A stretch of 64,000 nucleotides of DNA from Eledone cirrhosa (taxonomy: Eukaryota). Both the position numbers and the translations under genes were made by a program. The stretch covers positions 406,100,001 through 406,164,000 of the forward strand of contig OZ024741.1 in assembly GCA_964016885.1 (NCBI GenBank). Direction: 5' to 3'. Under the pieces are notes generated by a model. The model saw nothing but the letters and a program-made list of their open reading frames with translations, searched no databases and had not been told where the DNA came from. Below are positions 1 through 13,464 of this stretch, one piece after another. Position 1 is the stretch's first letter. The number at the start of each line of letters is the position of its first letter.

Positions 1-3000
1 CAACCAAAATATTCACTGGGAATAGCCGGCTGTGGTTGGAGTTCATGTACTTTTGCATGTCGTTTGAGCCCTCCTGCTGATTTACATTCTCTATCACATG
101 CTTGGCAAGCATGATGAGTAGCATCTCCAACAGCAGCCTGGTAGTCAACCACTGGTCTTACTTTATGACTGCGAAGATGACTTTCGAGTCCAGCTTTGCT
201 TAGGCAGAGTCTCGCACAGACGTTGCATGTCAGCACCATAGGAGGACCCTCGCCGTCTGGAAGTGCAACAGCAAGGCCCTTCCTCACATCCCGCTTTACT
301 TTCTCGTATGCGATTCGAGATGCCTCAAAGGCAACTTTTCCCTCATATACAGTCTTTCTCCATTTATTACGGTCAGCAGCAATATTTTCCCATGTACCAG
401 CAGAGATGTTAGTGTCTTTCAAAGAGGCTTTCAAGGAATCCTTATACCTCTTTTTTGGTTTATGTGGCGGTCGTTTTCCTTTAACTAACTCTCCATAAAA
501 GAGTTGTTTTGGTATTTTAGAATCCTTCATCCTGGCAAGGTGACCACTCCAACGAAGTCGTTGCTTAAGCACAAGAGCTTCTATACTGTCACACATAGAG
601 CTTTCCAAAATCTCGACATCACTGACGTGGTCCCTCCAGTGAACGCCATGGATCCATCTGAGACACATCTGATGGAAACGCTCCAATTGCTTAAGGTGGT
701 GTCGATATGTGACCCAGGTCTTGCAGGCATAAAGAAGACAAGAGAGCACACATGCCCTGTACACCTTTACCTTTGTCTTCTTGCATATGTCTCGCCGACC
801 CCAGAGTCGCCTTTCTAGCTTTCCGAAAGCATCACTTGCTTTCCTAATCCTAAGTGAGATTTCACTATCAAGGTTGCTGTATCGATTGACAGTGCTTCCC
901 AGATAGACAAACTGATCAACCACTCCAAGTCGTTTACCATACACATAGATATTTGGTTCACTGTACTGCTTACCAGGGGCAGGTTGGTACATGACGACGG
1001 TTTTCTTGAGACTGACAGTCAATCCTAGGGCAGTGCAAGCGTCAGAAAATGCATTCAAAATGTGCTGTATATCACTCTCTGTGTGGGCTACAAGATCGCA
1101 ATCATCTGCATACGAGAGGTCTCTTATGATTGATGTAAATACTTTTGTCTTTGCAGCAAAGCGCCTGATGTTAAATATTCTGCCTGAGGTTCGATATCGG
1201 ATGTAAACACCATGCTCGCAATTCTTGAATGCAATACAGAAAACCATTGCAAAGTATATGGCAAACAGGATCGGTGCTGGAATATCCCCCTGTTTCACTC
1301 CATTTTTTACTGAGATAGTCTCCGACATGTTACCTCCGACATTAACCCAAGCCTTCATGTCGTCATGGAAAGACCTAACTAAAGCAAGGAACTTATCAGG
1401 GCAACCAAGTTTCTGGAGAACCTTCCATAATGCATTTCTGTTAACAGTATCGAAAGCTTTTGTCAGATCGACAAAAACCTGATACAGATCCAAACCTTGT
1501 TCCATGCACTTCTCCTGGAGCTCTCTAGCTGAGAAGATCATATCAGTAGTACCGCGTCCAGCACGAAAAGCAGATTGACTTTCAAGAAGAACACAATCTG
1601 CAATGTGTGTCAGCAGACGGTCCAGAAGCACCCTACATAAAACTTTCCCTACGACAGAAAGCAATGATATACCTCTGTAGTGCCCACAACATTCCTGTTA
1701 CCCTTTCCCTTGTACAAGACCACCATTACTGCAACTCTCCAGTCCTCAGGTACGGATTCATTAGCCCATATCCTGCCAAACAAAGAGTGAAGATGTTGCA
1801 GGAGTCTCTCACCACCATATTGTAGGAGCTCAGCATGTATGCCATCCATACCTGGAGACCTTCCACTGTTCAGCTTCGAGATAGCCACTGCATCCTCCAC
1901 AAGCGTCGGAGGTTCTGCGAGAGCTACTTTCACTGGACTTTCTGGAATGAGATTGAGGAAATCCTCACTGACGACAGACGGCTGATTCAAAAGATTATCA
2001 AAGTGCTCTCGCCACCTTCGTAGAATTCCTTGTGAGTCACGAAGAAGTTCTTTGCCATCCTTGCTGCGAAGCGGTGTCACCAGAGAAGAAGACGGTCCAT
2101 AAACTTCACCCAAGAGACTGTACAACAGCTTTGTGTTATTGGAATCTGACGCAGTTTGTATCTCATCAGCCTTCTCACTCCACCACTGATCCTTCATCTG
2201 AGAAAGACCCCGCCTAACACGTGATTTTACATCCTTGAGTTCCTCATGCAACGTATTCCTCTCCTGTGGTTTTGCCGTCAAGTAGCGTGACAGAGCACGC
2301 CTCTTATCAGCCAACAAGTCTTCTATATGTACATCATTCTCATCAAACCAGTCCTGATGTTTCCTCTGCGCCAATGCCAGAACACGCCTGCCTACATCAT
2401 AAACCGACTTTTTAAGGGTCGGCCAATCCTCACCAAGATCTGCAACCTGCATCCCTTCTTGCAATGTCCTCTTCACATTTTTATCCTTAAGACGAGCAGC
2501 ATTCAATCTTTTGGGCAGGGCAACACCAGGAGCCCGGATTTTACGTTTAGTGATTAGTTTCATTTTTGCGCGTACCAGGCGGTGGTCCGTCCAGCACTCA
2601 GCTCCACGAAGAGCACAAACACACAGCACATCCCGTCTGTCACGCATCCTGACTAGGACGTAGTTCAAAAGATGCCATTCCTTAGATGCAGGATGCATCC
2701 ATGTGGTCTTGAATTTGTTCTTTTGTTGGAACATGGTGTTGGTAACACACAGATCCAGCTCCTCACACATCTGCAGCAGGAGCATACCATTGTTGTTACA
2801 CTTTCCCACCCCATGCCTTCCGATTACATTCCATGTGTTAAAATCCATATCCACTCTAGCATTAAAGTCACCAAGCACGATGACTTTGTCTGCCTGAGGG
2901 ATATTTCTTAAAAGACCTTTGAAGGCATGGTAAAAGGACACTTTTTCTTCATCGACAGAATTCATAGTTGGAGCATACACACTCACCAGGGTCGCATATC

Positions 3001-3475
3001 TTCCTTTGTCCAGCGGAATTCTCATGGACATAAGACGCTCACTAATCCCAATTGGGAATTCTTCTAATTTATTCACAAGAACAATCTTAACAGTAAATGC
3101 TACCCCAGCTTCTCTTTTGGTTCCTTCATCTCTTCCTTTCCAGAAGAATGTATATTCTCCACAAAATTCTGTAAGATGACCATCTCCAGCTAACCTCGTC
3201 TCAGATAAAGCCACGATGTCAAGATCGTAACGTCGGCTCCTTTGCAACAAGAGCGGTCCTTTGTTCAGGACGCTCCAAGGAATCCCTGTCAAGCAGCGTC
3301 CGTACGTTCCAGCAGCCAAGACTAAATGCCTTGTTTGGCTCTATTACAATGGCACGATGACGAGCGGGCCCAGGCTATGATAACCTGGGGCCCCTTCCCT
3401 TATTGCCAATTATCTTTTTTGTTCCAGAACCTAAATTGCCAACTATCTCTTTTATATTGTTCTGGAACGTCATTG
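1..3475 (-). mobile_element. RTE-BovB-type LINE (APE + RT + C-terminal C2H2 fingers), frameshifted, 3' end runs out of the window
   Basis: The APE N-terminus LGCWNVRTLLD (~3290-3320) joins ORF 1649-3319 (LSETRL, GDFNARV, TDH) across a frameshift. After a second frameshift at ~1680 the frame reads FVDLTKAFDTV, GVKQG, YADD (~1101-1112), YLGS, LRWSGHLARM and stays open to base 1. Confidence 0.93.
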
Positions 3476-3517
3476 AATTGGAAAATAACAAAAAATAAAA
3501 AGTAATAATAATAGTAA

Positions 3518-3519
<2 letters not shown>

Positions 3520-3568
<49 letters not shown>
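3520..3568. repeat. (AAT)n microsatellite at the 3' junction of a Tx1 fragment
   Basis: Direct reading. Confidence 0.97.
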
Positions 3569-3569
<1 letters not shown>

Positions 3570-3571
<2 letters not shown>

Positions 3572-4305
3572 TTTCTTTATTAACCACAAGGGTTCACATA
3601 AAGTAGACATTAAGGACAGTACAGGACAATACAGGACGGTACAAATGGGCATTTCTGCGTGTAAAAAAACAGAGGTTGAAATAAAATAACAAAGAAAAAT
3701 TCCCCAATAGGGGGGAGACTTCCAAGGGACATTTGTGGAGAAAGCCCATTAAAAGACCACAGTGGCCCTGACCACCAGGGCAAGTGCCCTCTCCCAGTTT
3801 TCCACCTTTAATTTACAGACACATACTCAGAGAAGGCCCATTCATTCGGGCCATACTTGCTTCTCTCACCCATCTTTCAACAAAATGCTGGGAAGAGAGC
3901 ACTTCCCTCTCTACCCTGATTTTCCTTTTCAAATGAAATTTGAAAAAGTTAATCAGGGCATCACCGAAGAGGTAAGTGCTCGTCTTCAGCCCTTTCAAAC
4001 GTGTCCACCATACTATCTCTTTCGCCATGGCCACCAGACAGATAAAAACTGCCTGCCCTTCCAAGCTAAAGGAAGGGGGCGGGGCAATCCTCACGATGAA
4101 CTCAGCTGATAGCTGGATCCGTCCTACACGTGACAGCAGGTGTTCGACATAAACCCACAAGTCAGCAATGCTCGGACACTGGACGAGTGCGTGCAGGACG
4201 GTTTCGTCGCCCTGCGCGCATCTCGGACATGCCCGGCTGACGGCACCTCCATGCCTGTAGAGTTTATCCCGAACTGGCAAAGCTCCTCGGTAGCACTGCC
4301 AGGCC
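3570..4305 (-). mobile_element. L1/Tx1-type LINE 3' fragment (T1; zf-RVT C-terminus + 3' UTR)
   Basis: AWQCYRGALPVRDKL..CPRC..ETVLHALVQC is homologous to the end of ORF2 in the element at 6895-12790. The stop is at 3813 and an AATAAA lies near 3575. Confidence 0.9.
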
Positions 4306-4721
4306 ATAATTGATATGTCTGTTCCAATAGACAAGAATGTATCTATAAAAACATTTGAAAAATTGAGCAAGTACAAGGACCTGGAGATAGAAATTGGAAA
4401 AATGTGGAAATTGAGAACTAAAACAATACCAGTGGTTGTAGGCGCTCTGGGAATGATACCTAAGGGGTCTAATGATTACATATCGCAAATCCCAGGAAAC
4501 CCGCGTATAGGAGAAATACAAAAGATAGTATTAATGGGAACTGCCCATATACTAAGGAAGATTCTGTCAATATAAGTACATCACAAGTCTAAACACCTAA
4601 AGATGCATGTGTGTGTGTATGTATGTTCTTTCTTGAACATGGCGGACCTTGTTGTCTCTTGAGGTCACTGGTTGTGACTTGTTGATAACTCGTATGAACA
4701 TAAAGCAAGATAAATGCAACT
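4306..4721 (+). mobile_element. R4/Dong-type (RLE) LINE 3' fragment followed by a (TAA)n tract
   Basis: IIDMSVP..EKLSKYKDLEIEI..IPVVVGALG is an RLE C-terminus. (TAA)n follows at 4722-4751. Confidence 0.87.
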
Positions 4722-4722
4722 G

Positions 4723-4751
<29 letters not shown>

Positions 4752-4756
<5 letters not shown>

Positions 4757-6630
4757 TGATAAGATGGTAATGGGGAATTGCAGGAGGAGACACACTGATC
4801 TTGCCATGGGATGGATAGACTACAGAAAGGCATTTGACATGGTGCCTCATTCTTGGATCACCAAAAGCCTGGAGATCTTCAGGGTGGCAGATAACATCAG
4901 ACAGTTGCTGGGCAGGAGTATGGGGTCCTGGGAGACAGAGTTGACATCAACTGGAGTATCCTTGGGAAGCGTGAAGATCAAGAGAGGTATCTTCCAGGGA
5001 GATAGCCTGTCCCCTCTGTTGTTTGTCCTTGCCCTGATGCCCTTGACCATTATGCTGCGAAAAGTGAGAGCAGGATACAAGTTGGGAAAGGGAGAGCTTA
5101 CCATCAATCACCTCCTCTTCATGGACGATCTTAAGCTCTTCGGGAAAAGTGAGAAGGAGTTGGATGTGCTTGTTGACACTGTCCGTATTTTCAGCAGTGA
5201 TATATGTATGCAGTTTGGTATTAGTAAATGTGGAGTCATTGTGATGAGGAGGGGTAGGTTGAGCAGAAGTAACGGGATCCAGATACCAACAGGTGAGATG
5301 ATAAAGGAAATTGACTCTGAGGAAGGATACAAGTATTTGGGCGTTCTGGAGGCTGATGGCATAAAGAACAAAAAAATGAAGGAATTGTTAAGAACTGAAT
5401 ACATTCGGAGAGTAAGGAGCGTATTGAAGTCACATCTGAACAGCAGAAATGCCATAAGCGCAGTAAATTCCCGAGCTGTGTCTATTATTAGGTACAGTGC
5501 GGGAATTCTGAGATGGAATGTTGCTGAACAAAAAGAAATGGATAGGAAGACTAGGAAGCTATTGACTATCTACAACATGTTCCACAAGAGGAGTGATGTC
5601 GATAGACTCTACCTAAGGAGATCTGAGGGTGGAAGAGGTCTTATCAGCATAGAGGACTGTGTTCAGATGGAGAAAAACAACCTATACAAATACGTGACCT
5701 ATAGTAAGGAGCCAATGCTCAGAACTGTACTGAAGGAGGGGACAGTAGGCCAGGGGATGTCCAAGGAGGAAATAACATCAAGGAGGAAGAGCAGCCTTAA
5801 GGGAAAATCCCTTCATAGTACCTTCTTTGAGAAAACTGAACTTAGAGATCCACAGACATGGAACTGGTTGAGAAGAGGAGACCTCAAAAAGGCTACAGAA
5901 GGAATGCTAATGGCTGCGCAGGAGCAGGCCCTCAAAACGAAGTGGTTGAAGCACCATATTTACAAGGAGGAGGCTAGCCCACTGTGCAGGATCTGTGGAG
6001 AGAGAGAGGAGACTGTGGCTCACATTGTGTCCGAGTGTAAACACCTAGCCCAGACCCACTATAAGGGCTGGAGACACGATGTGATGGGCAGGGTGATCCA
6101 CTGGCACCTGTGCAAAGTAAACAATTTACCACATTCTGAGAAATGGTATGAGCATAGGCCAGAGGCGGTGATGGAGAACAATCAGGTGAAGGTGCTGTGG
6201 GATTTTAGGATACAGACGGACAAAAAACTGGAACACAATAGACCTGACCTGGTGGTTGTGGACAAAGAAAAAAGATCGCGTCTGATTGTGGATGTGGCCT
6301 GCCCTTTCGACACGAGAGTGCAAGAGAAGGAGAGGGAGAAAATTAACCGATACCAGGACCTAAAGTGGTAGGTGAAAAGGATTTGGAACTGCCATGAAGT
6401 CAAAGTGATCCCGATTGTCATAGGCGCACTGGGGACTATCTCCAAAAGTTTCCAGGGATGGTTAAAGAAAATCGGCCCCTTCACGCTTTTTGGAACGCTT
6501 CAAAAGGCATGCTTGCTGGGAACAGCAAGAACCCTCCGATACGTCCTGAATATCTGAGGCTGCAGGTAGTGGCTTGATATTCATTCCAACGGACTTTCCA
6601 GTTAACCAACATCAATGACTGAGATTCAAG

Positions 6631-6632
<2 letters not shown>
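4752..6632 (+). mobile_element. R4/Dong-type LINE, 5'-truncated (RT, CCHC, RLE), one in-frame stop
   Basis: ORFs 4764-6371 and 6372-6557 carry WIDYRKAFD, GIFQGDSLSP, FMDD, CRIC..H..C, RHD and PDLV..DVACP. (TAA)n flanks both sides (4722-4751, 6632-6672). Confidence 0.93.
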
Positions 6633-6673
<41 letters not shown>

Positions 6674-6860
6674 TGTTTCTACTTTTGGCACAAGGCCAGC
6701 AATTACCCAGTGTATTACTGGTACTTTATTTTATCGACCCCGTAAGGATGAAAGGCAAAGTTAACCTTGGCGGGATTTGAACTCAGGATGGCAAGGGCCG
6801 TAACTCTATGCGTCAAAGCATGGCGTCCGACCCTCTACCGATACTGCCAATCCACCGCCC
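6674..6860 (-). mobile_element. tRNA-derived SINE, family A (Meta-domain-like core)
   Basis: A box TGGCAGTATCGG, B box GAGTTCAAATCC and core CCTTTCATCCTTACGGGGTCGATAAAATAAAGTACCAGT. Many copies occur in the window. Confidence 0.88.
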
Positions 6861-6863
6861 TTT

Positions 6864-6894
<31 letters not shown>

Positions 6895-7164
6895 TTTCAT
6901 TTATTGGCCACAGGGGCCGACATATAGGGGACAATACAAAAGACTGGGACAGTGGGGTTTTACAGAAAAATCGAGTAAACAATATGAATAAACAAAGTAA
7001 CAATAACAAAGTAACAATAAAGTAACAAGAAAATTACAAGAAAACATTCCCCAATAGGGGGGATGACCACCTAGGGTTCGCTCAGGTACCCCACCAGTCC
7101 TGTTCGACACGACGCTTCGAGAGAACCCTGGAAGGGCACCCCTCTCTTCTTCAAATTTACCTAC

Positions 7165-10100
7165 CTACAGCCGCATGACCAGAGTAGGCCCACTCACACG
7201 GGCCATTCTCGCCACATTCACCCACCTTTCAGCAAATGTACTGGGGGTGGGGTGGGGGGGCAGCACTTCTCTCTCCACCCTCACCTTCCTTTCCAAGTGA
7301 AACTTGAAAAAGTTGATGAGGGATTGGCCGAAGAGAAAAGTGTCTGTCTTCAGTCCTTTCAACCTCGTCCACCATACAACCTCTTTCGCTACTGCCACCA
7401 GACAGAGGAAAATTGCCTGCCCTTCCTGGCCAAAAGAAGGCGGCGGGTCGATCTTCACTATGGACTCGGCCGATAGCCGGATCCGTTCTACACGTGACAA
7501 CAGCTGTTCAACATAACTCCACAAGTCAGTAATGCACGGACACTGGACGAGTGCGTGCAGAACTGTTTCGTCGCTCTGCGCGCATCTCGGGCAGGTCCAT
7601 CTGACAGCACTTCCGTGCCTGTAGAGTTTATCTCGGACCGGCAGTGCCCCCCGGTAGCACTGCCAAGCGAGGGATTTTTGGAAATTATCCATCGTCCCCG
7701 GCTCGAAAGTCCTCCGGTACAGACTGGTTAGTTCGACTTCGTTGACTCCCAGAGCCTCTCCGAGTGCGTCGTCGCACTTACCCACCACTAGTCCTCTATA
7801 GAACTCGAGAGTGGAAGTTCCACTGACCGCATTGCCCGCCTGGTAGAGGGCAGTGAGTGCCTGGCAACATTCCAGATGCCAGTCACCCAGTCTCGGTCTC
7901 TTCTTGACCAAGGACTGCAACTAAGTTAAAGAAACGAGCTGCGGAAAGGCCCGTCTGACAAACGGCGACCACACCTGTTCACCGTTTAGGCAGAATATCT
8001 GGAGATGCCGCAGCCTCAGTGCGTGCCTGCGCATCATTAGCCACGGCATGCCCAGCCCTCCACGTAGAGGGTGCTGGCAGCAGATGGACCGCCTCACCAG
8101 CGGAACCTGACCTCTCCACAAGAATTTGAAGAGGAGCCGCTCCAAGATGGTGAGGCGCGAACGGGGGCAAGGGACGACAGTCAGACGGTAGTAGATGACG
8201 GACGCGATGTACGCGTTCGCCACTTCCGCCCGACCTTTCAGTGATAGCTTCATCCCAGCCCATTTCTGGGTGAGACTGACTACCCTGCTCGTCACCTCGT
8301 CCCAATTCTTATCCACCTGGAGGTCTGGCCCGAACCAAACCCCTAGCAACTTTACCGGTCCGTCCGTCCAGCGCCTAACGATGCTGTTGGACGGCATGGA
8401 CTTGCCTCTCCAGGTGCCGAGTTGCAAGCCCACTGACTTTTCCGGGTTAAGTTTTGCTCCCGTCAACCTTTCATATTCCTCCAATAAGTTGCCGACCACC
8501 TCGATTTCTGAGGTGTCCGACACCATCACGGTGATGTCGTCCGCATAAGCCGACACAGCCTTTCCGCGTCCCGGTTCGAGCGGGATGCCCTGCAACAGCT
8601 CCAGCTTCCGCAGTAATGGCTCGAGAGTCAATACGTACAGAAGGGAGGAGAGAGGGCACCCTTGACGGACCGATCGGGAGACCTGAAACGGTTCCGAGAG
8701 GTGGCCATTAATTTTGACCATCGAGCAGGTGCCGCTGTGCATTGCAGTGATCCAGCTTCTGAAGACGGGGCCGAAGCCAGCCGCCTTGAGGACAGCCTCC
8801 AGGTACCGATGGTCGACCCTATCGAATGCTTTCGATTGATCTAAATTGATCAGATCCCCACTGAAGCCAGGTTTACACCTACCCTCTCTATGATGTATCG
8901 CATTAGGTGGAGGTTGTCGTGTATGGACCTGGTTGGGATTGCGCAAGTTTGCGCCTCCCCAACCAAATCCCCGACGACAAGCGCCAACCTCTTCGCTAAC
9001 ACCCTGGCCAAAATCTTAAACTCTGTGTTGAGCAGTGTTATGGGCCTGAAATTGTCTAATGTGTCCTTCTTGTCCTCGTCTTTCCTTATCAGCGTCACTA
9101 CGCCCCTGCTCACAGAACTGGGAATACTCCCGTTTTGCTGCCAGTTGCAGTAGAGGGCTTCGAGGAGATTGGAGAACAAGTCTGGCATATTTACGTAAAG
9201 CTCGTAGGGCAGACCATCCAAACCGGGTGACTTGCGCCTCATGCAGCCTACAAGCGCATCCTGAATCAGGGCTGAAGTAATTGGCTTTTCGCAGCGCCCA
9301 GAGTCAGCCATCGAGAGTTGCGGCAAGCCATCGAGGTAGGGACTGAAGTCCGCCACAATCTCTGACCCGCCACTTCCCCCGAACAACCGAGCAAAATGTT
9401 GGCATCCTCTTGGAATCGCTCAGCTCGAGCCCGTCTCGGTCTGTCAAAGACCGAATCGTGGTTTTATTACCACGCTGCGCCTCTGCCACGCGGGCCCATC
9501 GAACAGCTTTGGTTCCCTCGTTTCTCAAAGCACGCGCCTTAGCTCTGACCATGCAACCTTCGTGTTTCGCATTGAAGAAATGGTCTAATGCCATTCTCGC
9601 CGCTAGCACATCAGTTGCAATGCCACTACCAATAGCCTCGTCTAACTTATCTACCAACTCTCCCTCCTTTCTATTTTTCTCTAATGCTACTTCTTTGCTA
9701 AACTCTATCGACATTACTCTAATCTCTCTTTTGAGAGCCCCCCACCATCTATTGTTGACGACTCCCCCTGTCAACTTTTTCTTAACTAAATTGTTGACCT
9801 GGTCCTTGTAAGCCTTACGTGCCGGAAATGACATGTTTAGCTTCCAGTAACCAGGTCCTAACCTACGCGTCTTATCTAGGTCGACCATACAGATCACAAA
9901 CTTGTGATCTGAATAGGCGACCGTTTCAAAACGGGGACAGCTTACACTATTTCTGTCTATTTTCCTAATGAATATCCTGTCTATATACGATCTAGATGAC
10001 CCTATGCGGTTATCCCAGGTCCACACTGGCGCATTAGGGAAATATAGTCGGTACCTGTCAGACAGTTGGAACTGGCTTATCAGGTTCTTGAGGCTTTTGC

Positions 10101-10583
10101 ACCCCCCGCTCCTATCGGATACTCCCACACAGTCCCAGCGTGCGTCTAAGATGCCGTTCCAGTCCCCCGCTAACAGTAAAGAGCGAGACGTACCCAGAAA
10201 GGCTTCCAGGCGTCTAAAGTAGTCCGGCCGTCCTGCCCCAGTAGGAGCATAGACGGCCACCAGTCTAAAGGCACCACCTTCATTATTGTTCACGTCCAGG
10301 ACCACCAACTTCCCGTCCGGTCCCGGAAGATCGACCTTACCTCGAGATCCAGGCCTTTCCTAAACAGCACTGCCACCCCGCCTCCCATTTCCGGCTGGCT
10401 AACAGATGCAAAGATCTGATAGTCGTCGAAAATGGGGGCTAGTGCGCGCGTGTCGGAAATCCTGGTCTCGCTGACTGCAATTACATCCATTTCTATAGAC
10501 CTGAGGTCGTTGAGCAGGTGACCCTGCTTCCAGGACGATCCCAGGCCTCGAATATTTAAACATCCTACTCTTAATACGGCCAT
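7165..10583 (-). pseudogene. T2 ORF2 (APE-RT), five ORF pieces
   Basis: CLNIRGL, SET, GDWN, SDH, GYWKLN, KSPGLDGLP, RPITLLN, LDQSKAFDRV, RQGCPLS and YADD are split by frameshifts and one stop. Confidence 0.9.
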
Positions 10584-10614
10584 GTTGGCAGGTTAAACAG
10601 AGAGAGAGGAATGT

Positions 10615-12585
10615 TTACTTACCTTCCTGGCTCTTGTGAAGGTCGGGTTGTTCGACCTCCATAGTTAGTGGGGTTTCTTTTGGGAACCCCTTTAAAAGTC
10701 TTGAAGTGGGTTTTACGTTCAGGGTTCCCACGTCCCGAGGAAAGCTGTCTCGTATTTCTTTGAATATGTCGAGCGACATTCGCACCAGAACCAAATCTTC
10801 CGGCACGCGAAATGTGCTCGATTTAAACATTCCCCCCTCTTTTTGTATATTTTCACTTCGTGCTACGAGGGCCATCAGTTCCTTGTTGGCCCTCCTGACA
10901 AGCACGAAGTTTTGTATGTTTTGTTGGTGTGATTTTATTTGTTTGCGTGGCTGTGGTGGTGATGGTTTTGGTGGTGTTGTTTCGGTTGTGTCTGTGTTTG
11001 TTGTGAGTGCGGTGTCTGTGGTTTCAGATGTTTGTGTGTATATTTGTTCTTGCGTCTGTTTCGGTTGTTTGCGTTTGGGGGATTCTGGTGATGGTGATAG
11101 TGGTGTTGATGTTGGTGTTATTGGAGAGATGTTTGCGTGGATGGTGTCTGCGTTTTTTATTGTGGGTGCTTTTGTGCTTTGTTGAGTTTTTTTTTCTTTT
11201 TGTGTTTCCTTTTTTGTATTTTGGGGGATTTTGGATTTCCCTCATCTTCACTACTAGTAGATGAGGGGTCTGTGTCTGTAAGTGTGTTTGTATGTATGTT
11301 TAAGGTTTTATTGGTGTGTGTATTTGGGGGGGGGGGGGATTTGACAGCTTTCCTCGTTTCCCCCCTGGGTGGTCAATGTTGGTGGTGGTTTTTCTATTGG
11401 TGTTGTAGTTGGTGGTTTTGCCGGTGCAGGTGTTGGTTGTGGTCCTCGCTCCGGCGTCGGCAGCAGTGGAGCCTTTCGACCCCTTGCCTCTTTCAGCAGT
11501 TGAGGGCAGAAGGCTCGCAAATGGGTTTTTTTCCCACAAACAAAACACTGTGGCCTTTTGCCTTCGGTCATAATGTGAATGACAGTCCCATTCTGAAGTC
11601 GGATATGGTCTGGGATTGTCTTCACGTTCTCGGGCCTGACCTGGAGAAGGATCTCCAGGTCAACCCTGGACCAGTCCTCTCTGGCCGTTCTGGTCACTTC
11701 TATAGGGACTGTATCTGTCCCCTCCACAATCACACATCCCAGAAGCCACCACATGTCAAGTCCTGGTGGGATTCTGGGAATGCGGAGACGGGCCGTTCTT
11801 TTTCCCATGTGGGAGGGTACATTATGACCCTGTTGGTTTTGCAAGGAGTCATGGCGTGTTTCATCGCGAGGGCTTCTGACTTGAACAACACCGAAATGGT
11901 GCCGTACTGTCTGCCCCTCTCTATGTACTGGGTGTCTTCTCTGATGCACCTCAGCGCGACTTCGATATCTTCTTGTGGGATTAACGCTGCCCTTTTGGTT
12001 TGTGCTGAGATGCATCTATAATGCACCGTTCTGCGCTCCACTGCCTCAATAGCTTCTACCGGGACAGTTAAGTTGGCCCAGGTTTGCTCTTGCTTGATGA
12101 GCTTCCATGCCTGGGCCAACTTTTCATCTTTGTTTGAGAGGTCCATGTTGAAGCATGGCCCCTTTTTTGCTGCTGCCGCAGCGAAAGTGGTCTTGTTTTC
12201 GTTGGGGGTGTTGTTGACGTTGTTCTTGTTGGTGTTGTTGTTAACACTGTCGCTGTTATCATTGTTGTCTTTGTTGCCACCGTTGTTCTCGGTGCAGTTG
12301 GTATTGTTGCTGTTGGTGTTGTCGCTATTTGTTTTCATGTTAGTGGTGTTGATATTGTTGTTGTATTTGTTTTGTTTTTTTTTGTTATCTGTATTTTCGT
12401 TGTCGCTGTTACTGTCATTTTTTTCAAAATTAGAGTTCTTATTGGTATCATTGGTGTCTTTGTTTACTTTGTTTGTGGTGGTGTTTGTGTTATCAATGTG
12501 TGTTAATTTCGCTGTAGCGCTCCTCTCAACTTCTACGTCATTGTCGCACGACAGCCAACATCGCTGGGGGGCGTGGCTCAGCCAT
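10615..12585 (-). pseudogene. T2 ORF1 (N/T-rich N-terminus, single CCHC knuckle), frameshifted
   Basis: ORF pieces 11730-12338, 11308-12015 and 10615-10905. Confidence 0.8.
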
Positions 12586-13158
12586 GTTTTTTTTTCGTAA
12601 ATTTTTTAACATGTAAAAAAAAAAAGTTCAAATATTTGGGCCAAAAGGCCCAAATATTATACTTTCTCCTTCACGGGGCAAAGTCTAAGGGCTTATATCC
12701 CTTACACAACAAGAAATATTTAACAACAAATAATTTTAACAGGCAAATAAAGCGACTTACTGTGAACGAGCAAAATACATCCGCTTAGACCAATAATAAT
12801 AATAATAATAATACACTATTAATAATTATTAATTAATGCAATCGTGCAATGCCTGTGCGTGACGAATATTTTTAAAGTGAGGAAAGACTGTGCACTGAGC
12901 CAATCCCACTCTCTGAGCGACAGTAGCTATAACCCGAAAAGAAGAAAAGATCAACATCATCGGTAACTACTGAGCCGCAGGTTTTATGTCGGAGTTAACC
13001 CAGTTTCCTGAGATGCCTTCTCCTAGAAGAATGCCCTGACAAGGGCTAGGGGTTTTTCACTCCTAGTGGTTTAACTGCGCGATCGGGCATCCAGCCCGAT
13101 TATTTCTATGTCCCCGCGCAAAAAAAAAAAAAAATTATATATATATATATACATACAT

Positions 13159-13206
<48 letters not shown>

Positions 13207-13296
13207 GAAAATATAGAAATTAATGTGAGCAAGAAGCCAACAGTATTTCATAATATGTAAGTGACTATAACGTCAAAATGGAAAATAATTAACGTA

Positions 13297-13356
<60 letters not shown>

Positions 13357-13464
13357 TGTGTGTGTATACATACATATATGTATATGTGTGTGTGTGTGTG
13401 TGTGCGTGTGTCATTGTGAGTGCTTGTGTATGAGTGTATAAGTGTGTAGATATTATGAAATAAT

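Larger units (their letters stand above)
6895..12790 (-). mobile_element. Full-length L1/Tx1-type LINE (T2) inserted in (TAA)n, both ORFs disrupted
   Basis: ORF1 (~12585-10615) has a CFVCGKKTHLRAFC knuckle and ORF2 (10583-7165) has APE, RT and zf-RVT. (AAT)n lies at 6863-6892 and 12792-12812. Confidence 0.93.

Noticed and set aside
3813-4376. 187-aa ORF as a gene
   Set aside because: It is a chimera of antisense Dong sequence and the Tx1 ORF2 end.
12960-13134. GC-richer segment ending in poly(A), possible retroposed small RNA
   Set aside because: I could not assign promoter boxes, structure or family from the sequence alone.
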